Below, in pieces: positions 1 to 8,495 of a stretch of DNA of 64,000 nucleotides; positions within the stretch are counted from its first letter, which is position 1, and every line of letters starts with the position of its first letter. Origin of the DNA: Acidobacteria bacterium UBA2161 (GTDB taxonomy: Bacteria > Acidobacteriota > Vicinamibacteria > Vicinamibacterales > UBA823); the NCBI GenBank assembly GCA_002328835.1, contig DCWN01000042.1:1086-65085 (forward strand). Direction: 5' to 3'. The position numbers were made by a program, and so were the translations under genes. The notes below the pieces were generated by a model. The model ran no database searches. It was not told the origin of the DNA and worked only from the letters and a program-made list of their open reading frames with translations.

Positions 1-124
1 GTTCGCCCTTGATGATCACGGACGCGCCGATCGACGTGACGGCTTCGGCTGCTGGTTCGGAGGGAGGCAGTTCCGCCGTGGGATCGAACGGAACGACGCG
101 GCTGCCGGCCGCGGCTTTGGGCAT
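1..124 (-). CDS. partial CDS (N-terminus only), possibly a bactofilin-like polymer-forming protein
   Basis: ATG at 124-122 (minus strand) opens MPKAAAGSRVVPFDPTAELPPSEPAAEAVTSIGASVIIKGE... and runs off the window edge. The IGxxxIIKGE start resembles bactofilin cores. Only 41 codons are visible. Confidence 0.3.
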   Translation of the reverse strand, partial: MPKAAAGSRVVPFDPTAELPPSEPAAEAVTSIGASVIIKGE

Positions 125-206
125 CGGACGAAGCGATTGTGCCCGATTGGTTCGCGCGACGCAAGGCAGCGGCGACGGCCATTGTCAACACACGTGAGTT
201 CTGGGG

Positions 207-513
207 TTAGTGCCGAGGGTAGGACGATGTGTCGCGGGCGTCGACGATCAGCGGATGCAGCGCCGGGGTCAAGACGGTCCTCAAGATCCTCGAAACCCGG
301 AACCCTCTCAAAGTCGTAGAAGTATTGACACTGCGACTTCCATTCGCGTGCCCATGGACAAGACTTCGGCGTCGGTCCCAGTGTCGCAGGGCGAACAGAC
401 TGCTTGCGAAAGACGCCCCAAAAGCGAACGCGCGTCCCCTGGAGGCCACAGAACGCGACGATCTGGTCACAGTCGTGAAAAACGGGACGAGACTGGTAGC
501 CCTGATAGATCTC
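207..513 (-). pseudogene. frameshifted relic ORF of unknown family (island cargo remnant)
   Basis: Protein-like stretch EIYQGYQSRPVFHDCDQIVAFCGLQGTRVRFWGVF...CQYFYDFERVPGFEDLEDRL in one minus frame continues plausibly (...LHPLIVDARDTSSYPRH stop) only in a second minus frame (ORF 207..470). Its upstream part is antisense to the integrase fragment. Locally lower GC. Confidence 0.25.
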
Positions 514-780
514 CAATTTCACGATCTCCGACACGAAGCCGGCTCTCGCTTCCTCGAAGGCCGCATGCCGCTGCATCACGTGAGGGAGATGCTCGGCCAT
601 GCGAGCCTGTCCACGACCAACACCTACCTCAACGTCACGGGCCACGACCTTCGCGAGTCGATGCGACGGCTCGACAAAGAGCGAACATGTTGCAAGGTCG
701 TTGCAAGTTCGGGCAAACACGACCAACGGGTACCTTGCAACGAGGAAGTCGCGGAACCCGGTAACCGACTGACTCACTGA
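505..780 (+). pseudogene. tyrosine recombinase (phage integrase family), C-terminal catalytic fragment only
   Basis: LIDLQFHDLRHEAGSRFLEGRMPLHHVREMLGHASLSTTNTYLNV carries the HxLRH box, the second His and the catalytic Tyr of tyrosine recombinases. The upstream 90 codons of ORF 229..780 do not look like an integrase N-terminal or core-binding domain. It points at the 3' end of the tRNA-Gly. Confidence 0.6.
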
Positions 781-790
781 CGGTTAGATA

Positions 791-865
791 TGGAGCGGGA
801 GACGGGGATCGAACCCGCGACCAACGGCTTGGGAAGCCGTGACTCTACCACTGAGCTACTCCCGC
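791..865 (-). tRNA. tRNA-Gly (anticodon CCC), CCA encoded
   Basis: Reverse complement reads GCGGGAGTAGCTCAGTGGTAGAGTCACGGCTTCCCAAGCCGTTGGTCGCGGGTTCGATCCCCGTCTCCCGCTCCA. It has a cloverleaf with acceptor GCGGGAG/CTCCCGC, anticodon stem ACGGC/GCCGT, loop TTCCCAA and T-loop GGTTCGATCC. Confidence 0.9.
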
Positions 866-931
866 CCGAGTCCAGGTAGTGCATTGTAGCAGACGCCATG
901 CGGCGCCCGGACGCTACGGCACGGGTCACGA

Positions 932-2284
932 TTAGCGAATCAGCGCAAGAACTTCGTCGCGCTTCGCAGCCATGAGGTCTGGCGTTGAGCCCTCGAGATT
1001 CAGGCGGAGAAGCGGTTCAGTGTTCGACGGGCGAACGTTGAAGTGCCAGTCGGCGTAGTCCACCGAGAGGCCGTCCATTCGGTGTTGGGAACCGTCGGCG
1101 TAGTGCGCCGCGAGTTCGTCGAGCTTGGCGGCCACCATGTCCGCGCTTTCGAGATGAGTGTTGATCTCCCCGGAGATGAAGTAGCGGGTTCTGAGAGGTG
1201 CCAGGAGTTCGGCGAGCGTCGCCTTCCGCTTGGACATCAACTCGAGGATCAGGAGGGCTGGAATGAACCCGTTGTCCGCGAAGCCATTCTCGCGGAAATA
1301 GTAATGCCCGGTGACCTCGCCTCCGAAGACCGCGCCGACGTCGCGCATCCGCTGCTTGAAGAAGGCATGGCCGACGCGGTTCATCAGCGCGGTGCCGCCA
1401 CGCTCGGCGACGAGGTCGGGCACGGCATGGCTGGCGCGGACGTCGTACACGATGGTGGCGCCGGGTTGCTTGAGCAGGAAGGCCTCCGCCAGCAGGGCCG
1501 TGACGAAGTCACCCGGCACGAAGCCGCCCTCGCCATCGACGAAGAAGCAACGATCGGCATCGCCATCCCAGGCGATCCCGGCGTCGGCGCCGGTGTCGAC
1601 GACGGCCGCGACGAGATCTCGCCGATTCGCCTCGATGAGCGGGTTGGCTTCGTGGTTCGGAAACGTTCCGTCGATGTCGAAGCAGAGCCGGGTGGTTGTG
1701 CAAGGCAGTCCATCGAAGAGCCGGGGGGCGACCACGCCGGCCATGCCGCTGCCCGCATCGAGGACCAAGCGAAACGGGGTGATGGCCTCGAGATCGATGA
1801 ACGACAGTACGTGCGGGAGATAGCGCTCGAGAATATCGGCCTCCGAGCGCGCGCCGGGGGCCGGTGGAGGGGGCGGAACCGCGTTGCCCAGAATCATGTC
1901 GCGAATGTCGGCGATCCCGGCGTCACCGCTGAGCGGGACGGCACTCCGGCCGACCAGTTTGATTCCGTTGTATTGCTTCGGGTTGTGGGACGCCGTGATC
2001 TCGACGCCACCGTCGTGGTCGTCCTGGATCACGGCGCAGTACAGCATGTCGGTGCCGATCAGGCCGTAGTCGACGACATCGGCTCCCTGGTGCAGGGCGC
2101 CGGCAATGAAGGCTTCCGCGAGGGCGGGCGACGACAGTCGCATGTCGCGGCCGACGGCGATTCGGTGGGCACCCAAGTGGGCCACGAACGCGCGCCCGAT
2201 CTGCTCGGCGGCCGTTTCGTTGAACTCGTGGGGGTAGACCCCGCGGATGTCGTAGGCCTTGAAGATGTCCCTGGGCACGTTCAC
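932..2284 (-). CDS. phosphomannomutase/phosphoglucomutase (alpha-D-phosphohexomutase)
   Basis: 450 aa. N-terminus FKAYDIRGVY and active-site loop TASHNPKQYNGIK. Confidence 0.9.
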   Translation of the reverse strand: MNVPRDIFKAYDIRGVYPHEFNETAAEQIGRAFVAHLGAHRIAVGRDMRLSSPALAEAFIAGALHQGADVVDYGLIGTDMLYCAVIQDDHDGGVEITASHNPKQYNGIKLVGRSAVPLSGDAGIADIRDMILGNAVPPPPPAPGARSEADILERYLPHVLSFIDLEAITPFRLVLDAGSGMAGVVAPRLFDGLPCTTTRLCFDIDGTFPNHEANPLIEANRRDLVAAVVDTGADAGIAWDGDADRCFFVDGEGGFVPGDFVTALLAEAFLLKQPGATIVYDVRASHAVPDLVAERGGTALMNRVGHAFFKQRMRDVGAVFGGEVTGHYYFRENGFADNGFIPALLILELMSKRKATLAELLAPLRTRYFISGEINTHLESADMVAAKLDELAAHYADGSQHRMDGLSVDYADWHFNVRPSNTEPLLRLNLEGSTPDLMAAKRDEVLALIR

Positions 2285-2332
2285 GAACTAGCTCCGCTGC
2301 GAGGAATCGGCGGCGGCGCACTCACGGCACGG

Positions 2333-3397
2333 TTAGCGCCCCGAGCGACCGTACTCGGTGATGACCGACTTGTCGCCGAGGATGGTACCGGCACCAATGA
2401 TGGCATTCTCGCCGATCTGGCATCCGCGGCCGAGGATGGCGTCTGAGACGGTCGCGCCGGCCTCGACCTCGCCGTAGGGCCAGAGGATGGCGCCGTCGAG
2501 CCGCGCGCCTTCCTTGACCTTGCAGTCCCGACCCAGGACCGTGTACGGCCCGATCTGTGCGTCGGCCTTGACGGTCACGCCCTCGTCGATGAAGCAGGGG
2601 CCCTCCAGGCGGGCACCCGGGTCGACCTTGGCCGTCTTGGCGACGATGGCCGTCCCGGTCGCGCGATTACGGAACGGGGCGGCGGCGAACCGGCCATCCA
2701 TGATGTCACGATGGACCTGCCGGTACTTGTCGGGCGTGCCGATGTCGATCCAGTAGCCGCTCGAGACATACGCGACGAACCGTTCGCCGCGTTCGATCAG
2801 CGACGGGAAGTAGCTGCGCTCGATCGACCAGTGTGTCTCCTTGGGAATGCGGTCGAGCGTGTCGGGCTCGATGATGTAGATGCCTGCGTTGATCGTGTTG
2901 CAGGTGATCTCGTCAGCCTTGGGTTTCTCGAGGAATCGCTTCACATTGGCGTCGTCGTCGGTCTCGACGAGGCCGTACGCGGACGGATTCTCGACGGGTG
3001 AGAGCACGATCGTGGCCCTAGCCTCGCGCTCACGGTGTAGCCGGAGCACGGCGGCGAGGTCGATCTGGGTCAGGACGTCGCCGTTGAACACGACGACGGC
3101 GTCGTCCAGGTACGGTTCGGCGTACTTGACCGCTCCGCCGGTGCCCAGGGGCGCGGGTTCGACGACGTAGCGAATCTTCACGCCAAGGTCGTGCCCGTCG
3201 CCGATAAGGTCCTCGATGCGGCCAGGCTGGTAGTTCAGGCTCAGGATGACCTCGTCGATTGACGGAATCTGTCTGAGCAGATCGAGCTGGTACAGGAGGA
3301 ACGGCCGATTGAAGATCGGGACGATCGGCTTCGGCGTATGAAGCGTCAAGGGGCGGAGACGCGTGCCCTTGCCGCCGGCCAGGAGAATGGCCTTCAC
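2333..3397 (-). CDS. sugar-1-phosphate nucleotidyltransferase (mannose-1-phosphate guanylyltransferase-like) with C-terminal left-handed beta-helix
   Basis: MKAILLAGGKGTRLRPLT signature. The C-terminal hexapeptide-repeat-like region is GARLEGPCFIDEGVTV...GARLDGAILW. Confidence 0.85.
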   Translation of the reverse strand: MKAILLAGGKGTRLRPLTLHTPKPIVPIFNRPFLLYQLDLLRQIPSIDEVILSLNYQPGRIEDLIGDGHDLGVKIRYVVEPAPLGTGGAVKYAEPYLDDAVVVFNGDVLTQIDLAAVLRLHREREARATIVLSPVENPSAYGLVETDDDANVKRFLEKPKADEITCNTINAGIYIIEPDTLDRIPKETHWSIERSYFPSLIERGERFVAYVSSGYWIDIGTPDKYRQVHRDIMDGRFAAAPFRNRATGTAIVAKTAKVDPGARLEGPCFIDEGVTVKADAQIGPYTVLGRDCKVKEGARLDGAILWPYGEVEAGATVSDAILGRGCQIGENAIIGAGTILGDKSVITEYGRSGR

Positions 3398-3447
3398 CGC
3401 GGCCTCCGAGCGCCGCTGGGCGGCGCGTCGAGGGCGGCGTGGGTGGC

Positions 3448-3476
3448 TTGTTGGTGAGGATCGCCCGCGCTACAAT
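3448..3476 (+). promoter_or_regulatory. candidate sigma70-type promoter for pgsA (TTGTTG-N17-TACAAT)
   Basis: Hexamers at 3448-3453 and 3471-3476 with a 17-nt spacer, in the divergent intergenic region 30 nt upstream of pgsA. Confidence 0.3.
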
Positions 3477-3505
3477 GTCGCCGCGACGCCACTGCGTACT
3501 CCCAG

Positions 3506-4120
3506 ATGAATCTTCCCAATTCGTTGACGCTCGGCCGCATCTTTCTGATTCCGCTGCTCGTTGTCGTGCTGCTGACGAGATTCGAGGGTCGCATGATTCT
3601 CGGAATTCGCAAGGAACTCGTCGGCGCAGTGATCTTCGTGTTGGCTGCCGGCACCGATTGGCTCGACGGCTATCTGGCTCGACGCCGCGGCCAGGTGACG
3701 ACCCTCGGACAGTTGATGGATCCGCTCGCCGACAAACTGCTCATCACGGCGGCATTCGTCTCGCTCGTAGCGTTGGATCTGGCGCCGGCTTGGATGGTCG
3801 CCGTGATTCTGGGCCGGGAACTTGGGGTGACGGTTCTGCGGAGCGTGGCCTATTCCCGCGGCGTCACGATCGCCGCGTCCGCGCTTGGAAAAGTGAAGAT
3901 GGTCGCGGAGGTCGTGGCGATCGTCCTGCTGATCCTGGGCGGCGACTACCTGCCCCAGCTGTTCGTCGTTGGCCAGGCGGCGTTGTGGGTCGTGCTGGTT
4001 GCGGCGCTGCTGTCCGCCCTCGACTACTATCGCCGCTTCAATCACGTCATCAATCCGAAGGTCGCCGAGTTCGCCGCAGACCAGAAGCGTTCGTCAGAGA
4101 CGCGCGCGCGTAGCGGGTGA
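3506..4120 (+). CDS. pgsA: CDP-diacylglycerol--glycerol-3-phosphate 3-phosphatidyltransferase
   Basis: NLPNSLTLGRIFLIPL... and CDP-alcohol phosphatidyltransferase motif GTDWLDGYLARRRGQVTTLGQLMDPLADKLL. Confidence 0.9.
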   Translation: MNLPNSLTLGRIFLIPLLVVVLLTRFEGRMILGIRKELVGAVIFVLAAGTDWLDGYLARRRGQVTTLGQLMDPLADKLLITAAFVSLVALDLAPAWMVAVILGRELGVTVLRSVAYSRGVTIAASALGKVKMVAEVVAIVLLILGGDYLPQLFVVGQAALWVVLVAALLSALDYYRRFNHVINPKVAEFAADQKRSSETRARSG

Positions 4121-4127
4121 GCGCGGC

Positions 4128-4913
4128 TCATCGATGGGCGGCGAGGCGGTCGCCCGTGTAGACCGCGTCGGTCGTTCCGAAAATGCGAACGGTCGCGGTG
4201 CGCTCATCGACCAGCACCGCGAAGGCCTCGCCCAGATTGTGGACCGGACCGGGTGCGGCCGTGGTCTCCCGAAAGACCGTGAACCTGAGGCCCGGGACGA
4301 CGCCGTCCTCGCGGCCGTGGTCGATGACCACGAAGCGGTTGGGGCCGGCCGTGTAGCCGCCCTCCTCGGTGAAGAGGACACGAGCCGCCGACGCGTAGTC
4401 GGCCTCGGCGGGCGGGGAGCCCGCCGGCGGGTCGGCCGCTTCGAATGGTTCGATGTAGTCTCCGAGCAGCACTCCGTCGCACGCGTACGAAATGGTGGCA
4501 ATGGCCATTTCCTCCTCGACCGCGACAATGCGGAGCCATCCCGCCGTATGGAGAACGGCCGGCATCTCACCGTGCGGCACGACCGATGCGACGCGTGGAC
4601 GGTACTGTCGGCGAACGAAGAACTCCACGCCGACGGCGAGTCCGCGATTGCGACCCGCATCGAGAATGACCGCTTCTCCGGGGCCGAACATTCGCTTGGC
4701 GTTGCCTTCCTGCGAGGCGACGAGGGTAGTCGGGAGTTCAGGCGCGAGCCAGACGGCGCGCGGCGCGCAGAGGATCTCGACCGAACGTGCGACGGCGATG
4801 GCCGCGTCGGGCGTTCCGGCCCTGGGCTGGGCCGAGGCCGCGCCAGCCGATGCGAGCGCAAGGACGGCGCTGGCGGTGCACAGCCCGGACAGTCGGCGGA
4901 TAGGTCTCGTCAT
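4128..4913 (-). CDS. hypothetical exported protein
   Basis: 261 aa with signal peptide MTRPIRRLSGLCTASAVLALASAGAASA. 4-nt ATGA overlap with upstream bamD suggests co-translation. No family recognised. Confidence 0.6.
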   Translation of the reverse strand: MTRPIRRLSGLCTASAVLALASAGAASAQPRAGTPDAAIAVARSVEILCAPRAVWLAPELPTTLVASQEGNAKRMFGPGEAVILDAGRNRGLAVGVEFFVRRQYRPRVASVVPHGEMPAVLHTAGWLRIVAVEEEMAIATISYACDGVLLGDYIEPFEAADPPAGSPPAEADYASAARVLFTEEGGYTAGPNRFVVIDHGREDGVVPGLRFTVFRETTAAPGPVHNLGEAFAVLVDERTATVRIFGTTDAVYTGDRLAAHR

Positions 4914-5710
4914 GATCCGTCTCCTCTCAGCTCTTCGATCCGCGTTCGGGCCAACTCGAGATACTCGCTGGTCTCGAACTCGTTCACGAGTCGTTCGAAG
5001 TAGGGCAGCGCCTCTGGACCACGGCCGATCACCGTGAGCGCCTCGGCCAGGACGTAGTACACCGCATCACGTCGCGTGTACGCTGGGTCCTCAGCGAGGA
5101 CCGCGCGCATCCGCTGGATCGCACCCGGATACCAGCGCTGGCTGAAATAGAACTCGCCGACTTGAAAGTCGGCCTCGCTCAGCCGGTCGCGCACCTCGCG
5201 ATGACGGAGGCGCGCCTCCTCGGTGAGCTCGCTATCGGGATACAACTCGAAGAAGAGCTGAAACGCCTCCTCTGCCGACCGGCTCCAGGTCTGGTCGCGG
5301 TCGGGACCCAGCATCTGCGCATGATGCGCCATAGCGATCTGAAACTGGGCGTACGAAGCTCGCGGGTGGGTCGGGAAGAATCGGAGGAACTCGTCGTACT
5401 CGTTGACGGCCTGCACGTGGGCGGAGGCGCCGCCCTGCCCGAGAAAGGCGTCGCCGAGCGCCAACTTGGCATCGAAGCGGAACTGACTCTGCGGGAAGGC
5501 GTCAACGAGACGCTGGAACACGTTGCGCGCCGGAATCCAGTCCTCGTCCTCCAAGAACGCCGTACCGCGCTCGAAGAGGAACCGGTCGGGCTCTGGGGTG
5601 CCCGACGGCACGATCGTCGGATCCGGAGCGGTACAGGCGCCACCTAGCAGGCAGACAACCAGAAGCGCGGTCAGGGCGGGCGGCGAGCGATGTTCGAGCA
5701 GGGGGATCAT
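4910..5710 (-). CDS. bamD: outer membrane protein assembly factor BamD-like TPR lipoprotein
   Basis: Lipobox-like LLGGAC near the N-terminus. TPR-like repeats and BamD/YfiO-like sequences (QSQFRFDAKLALGDAF, FPTHPRASYAQFQIAMAH, YPDSELTEEA). Confidence 0.7.
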   Translation of the reverse strand: MIPLLEHRSPPALTALLVVCLLGGACTAPDPTIVPSGTPEPDRFLFERGTAFLEDEDWIPARNVFQRLVDAFPQSQFRFDAKLALGDAFLGQGGASAHVQAVNEYDEFLRFFPTHPRASYAQFQIAMAHHAQMLGPDRDQTWSRSAEEAFQLFFELYPDSELTEEARLRHREVRDRLSEADFQVGEFYFSQRWYPGAIQRMRAVLAEDPAYTRRDAVYYVLAEALTVIGRGPEALPYFERLVNEFETSEYLELARTRIEELRGDGS

Positions 5711-6657
5711 GAGGCGACGGCGGGCCGTGCGGCGAGCCAGGCATGCTCGGCGCGGAGGCCGTCCTCCAGAGAGACGCTCGGAGCGAAACCGAGGTCACGC
5801 CGTGCGAGCGACGTGTCGGCGTACGTGTCGCGCATGTCGCCGCGCTGGGCCGCTTCGTGGCGGACATCGAGCCGACGTCCGGTACACGACGCAATCAGAT
5901 CGACCGCCTCGTTCATGGAGATCCGCGAGCCTCCCCCGATGTTGTAGACCTGGCCGGGGATGCCCTGCAGTCCGGCTGCCACGGTCGCGCTCACGGCGTC
6001 CGCGACAAAAGTGAAATCACGGGTCTGCCGACCGTCACCGTAGAGATGGATCGGCTCGTCGCGCATGGCCGCCAGCAGGAAACGATGGAACGCCATGTCA
6101 GGGCGCTGGCGCGGCCCGTAGACCGTGAAGTAGCGAAGGGCGACCGCGGGCACGCCCGCATTGTGATGGTAGAGCATGCACAGCCGCTCCGCGGCAAGCT
6201 TCGTGACGCCGTAGGGCGAGACGGGGCGCGGGAGGGCGTCTTCGCGCATCGGCAGCGCGACGTGGTCACCGTAGACCGACGAGCTGGACGCGTAGACGAA
6301 CCGCTCGAGCGGACGTTCGACGCACGCTTCGAGCAGCACCTGCGTAGCGTCGAGATTGAGCGCCGTATAGATCCGAAAATCCTGCCCCCAGCTCTTCCGG
6401 ACACCAGCCTGAGCGGCGAGGTGAAAGACGTGGGTGACATCGTTCAGCAGACCCGGAAGATCCGCGTCGGTCAGGCTGACCTCAACGAACCGAAAGCCCT
6501 GGGACCCCAGCAGCGGCGAGAGGTTCGCGTCCTTCTGCGCCCGATCGTAGTAGTCGGTGAAACTATCGAGGCCGACGACCTCGGTGCCACGCGCGAGCAG
6601 GGCTTCGGCGAGATGTGAGCCGATGAAGCCTGCGGCGCCGGTGACCAGGGCCCTCAT
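5707..6657 (-). CDS. NAD-dependent epimerase/dehydratase (UDP-sugar 4-epimerase-like SDR)
   Basis: Start reset to ATG at 6657 (MRALVTGAAGFIGSHL Rossmann motif). The YxxxK motif is present (SPYGVTKLAAE). The upstream 88 codons of ORF 5707..6921 overlap the thioesterase gene and are Arg-rich noise. Confidence 0.85.
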   Translation of the reverse strand: MRALVTGAAGFIGSHLAEALLARGTEVVGLDSFTDYYDRAQKDANLSPLLGSQGFRFVEVSLTDADLPGLLNDVTHVFHLAAQAGVRKSWGQDFRIYTALNLDATQVLLEACVERPLERFVYASSSSVYGDHVALPMREDALPRPVSPYGVTKLAAERLCMLYHHNAGVPAVALRYFTVYGPRQRPDMAFHRFLLAAMRDEPIHLYGDGRQTRDFTFVADAVSATVAAGLQGIPGQVYNIGGGSRISMNEAVDLIASCTGRRLDVRHEAAQRGDMRDTYADTSLARRDLGFAPSVSLEDGLRAEHAWLAARPAVAS

Positions 6658-7046
6658 GCCAGCTCCGTGCGGATTTGCTCGGGCAGCCGACAGGGCCGCC
6701 CCCGATCGTTCATGGCGGCGTGGACCGTCCGCCCCACGGCGCTGACCGTGCCGTCGTGCTGGAGGACGTCGTAGTCGAACGCAAGACGGGCTGGCGAGAG
6801 GAGTGCGCCGCGCGTGGCGACCTCGAGTTCGTCGTCGTAGCGTGCCGGCCGGTGGTATTCGCAGTGCGCTTCGATGACCGGCAGCGAGACGCCGGCTTCC
6901 TCCATTTCGCGGTAGGTCCATCCCATCGTCCGAAGCAGATCCGTGCGCGCGACCTCGAACCAGACGAGATAGTTGGCGTAGTACACCACGCCCATTTTAT
7001 CGGTCTCGGCGTAGCGAACCCGCACGCTGGACGTGCTCGTGCGCAC
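6654..7046 (-). CDS. acyl-CoA thioesterase, YbgC/4HBT hot-dog family
   Basis: VRVRYAETDKMGVVYYANYLVWFEVARTDLLR is a typical YbgC N-terminus. GTG start at 7046, one nucleotide after the rpe stop. ATGA-type overlap with the downstream epimerase. Confidence 0.8.
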   Translation of the reverse strand: MRTSTSSVRVRYAETDKMGVVYYANYLVWFEVARTDLLRTMGWTYREMEEAGVSLPVIEAHCEYHRPARYDDELEVATRGALLSPARLAFDYDVLQHDGTVSAVGRTVHAAMNDRGRPCRLPEQIRTELA

Positions 7047-7047
7047 G

Positions 7048-7728
7048 CTAGGCCGACTCCTTCGTCGTGGCGGACAGGGCCGCGGCGCGAAGCGCGCGGG
7101 TGGCCGCCGCCGGGTCATCCTGGCTGAAGATGGCCGAGCCGGCCACCAGGACGTCAGCGCCGGCCGCAACGAGGTCGGCCGCATTGTTCCGGTCGACGCC
7201 TCCATCGACGGTGATGGGCGCCGGATTCTTCGCTCGGCTCAGCAGGGCGCGCGTCGCGTGGACCTTCTCGAGACTACGCGGGATGAACTGCTGTCCGCCG
7301 AAACCAGGGTTGACGGACATGACGATCACCAGGTCGACGTCGGCTGCGACCTCCTCGATGGCCGTGACCGACGTCGACGGATTCAAGGCGACGCCGGCTC
7401 GCATGCCGAGTGCCTTGATGGCGGCCAGGGTCCGGTGCAGATGCGTCGATGCCTCCACGTGCACCGACAGCAGGTCGGCACCGGCGTCGGCGAAGGCACT
7501 CAGATACCGGTCGGGCGCCTCGATCATCAGGTGCACGTCGAGCGGCACCTGCGCGGCGCGCTTGAGGGCTCGGACAACGGGCGGTCCGATCGTGAGATTG
7601 GGGACGAAGTGGCCATCCATGACGTCGATGTGGATGGCGTCGGCGCCTCCGCGCTCGGCCGCCCGGACGGCGTCACCCAGCGCGGCGAAGTCGGCGGAAA
7701 GAATCGACGGCGCGATCCGCACGCTCAT
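7048..7728 (-). CDS. rpe: ribulose-phosphate 3-epimerase
   Basis: MSVRIAPSILSADFAALG..., HIDVMDGHFVPN, MSVNPGFGGQQF. Confidence 0.95.
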   Translation of the reverse strand: MSVRIAPSILSADFAALGDAVRAAERGGADAIHIDVMDGHFVPNLTIGPPVVRALKRAAQVPLDVHLMIEAPDRYLSAFADAGADLLSVHVEASTHLHRTLAAIKALGMRAGVALNPSTSVTAIEEVAADVDLVIVMSVNPGFGGQQFIPRSLEKVHATRALLSRAKNPAPITVDGGVDRNNAADLVAAGADVLVAGSAIFSQDDPAAATRALRAAALSATTKESA

Positions 7729-8486
7729 CGGCTGACCTCGAGAGAGATCGGCTCTCCGGGCGAGATCTGAAATCCCGCCTGGGGGTACTGCCGCAGCACG
7801 ATACCCGGTGGCACGCTCGGATAGGGATGATCGCCGACGACCGTGACACGAAAACCCTGCGCGCGCAGGATATCGGCAGTCGCCGTGCCATCCGCGCCGA
7901 TCAGATCGGGCATGACATAGGTCGCCGCGCGTTCACCGCGATTCACGAGCAACGACACGGCGGTGCTCTCGGTCGCAGGCGGTGGCTCCTGCGCGACGAC
8001 GGTGCCACTCGGATAGCGGCCGGAGCGGATTTCGGCAACCCCCATCAGCTCGAGACGGTCTTCCTGCACTCGCAGCTGGGCACTGCGCGCGGACTGGCCG
8101 ACCAGCGCCGGGATCCGGCTTGGCCTCGAGCCGGCGCTGAGCCAGACCTTGATGGTGCGCTGCCGTCGGGCACTGACCCCGGGCGGTGGCTCCTGAAGCA
8201 TGACGCTGCCAGCTGGGACCGACGGGTGTAGTCGCTGGCCGGGTTCGACCCGGAGCAACAGGCCGAGGTCGCCCAGCGTCGCACTCGCGGCGGCAATCGT
8301 TTGACCGGAGACGTTGGGAACGGTGACTTCGCGGGTTCGAAGCGCGACACGCATGCCGGCGGCGGCGAAAAGCAGATACGTCGCCATCAGCGCGCCGGCC
8401 AGCAAGCAGACTTTCCCGACGCCCCACACCCGACTCGTTAGGGCCATCGAAGGGACCAAGTTAGCACAAGTCCTTGTTTTGCACAA
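7725..8486 (-). CDS. membrane-anchored protein with three PASTA domains (no kinase or PBP domain)
   Basis: One N-terminal TM helix (VCLLAGALMATYLLFAAAG), then three repeats of about 65 aa beginning VPNVSGQT, IPALVGQS and VMPDLIGAD, each ending in a PxG...V pattern typical of PASTA. The start is uncertain (8486 or 8447). Confidence 0.75.
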   Translation of the reverse strand: MCKTRTCANLVPSMALTSRVWGVGKVCLLAGALMATYLLFAAAGMRVALRTREVTVPNVSGQTIAAASATLGDLGLLLRVEPGQRLHPSVPAGSVMLQEPPPGVSARRQRTIKVWLSAGSRPSRIPALVGQSARSAQLRVQEDRLELMGVAEIRSGRYPSGTVVAQEPPPATESTAVSLLVNRGERAATYVMPDLIGADGTATADILRAQGFRVTVVGDHPYPSVPPGIVLRQYPQAGFQISPGEPISLEVSR

Positions 8487-8495
8487 GGTTGGCGC

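Noticed and set aside
80-89. A 10-nt match (GGGATCGAAC) to the T-arm of the tRNA-Gly at 805-814, which could be a remnant att direct repeat bounding the decayed island.
   Set aside because: It is too short to distinguish from chance in GC-rich DNA. It does not extend to the tRNA 3' end as true att repeats usually do, and it lies inside a plausible coding sequence (1-124).
1043-2446. Long ORFs on the opposite strand or in alternate frames of clear genes. Examples: 1043..2446 +, 8438..9151 -, 8757..9797 +, 11431..12702 +, 18946..19914 -, 20689..22203 +, 40783..41853 +, 42121..43233 +, 45554..46681 +, 46173..47333 -, 47795..48742 -, 54364..55269 -.
   Set aside because: Their translations are Arg/Gly/Pro/Ala-rich low-complexity sequences with no recognisable motifs, and they fully overlap ORFs with strong family signatures. 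This is the expected stop-codon-poor antisense artefact of a high-GC genome.
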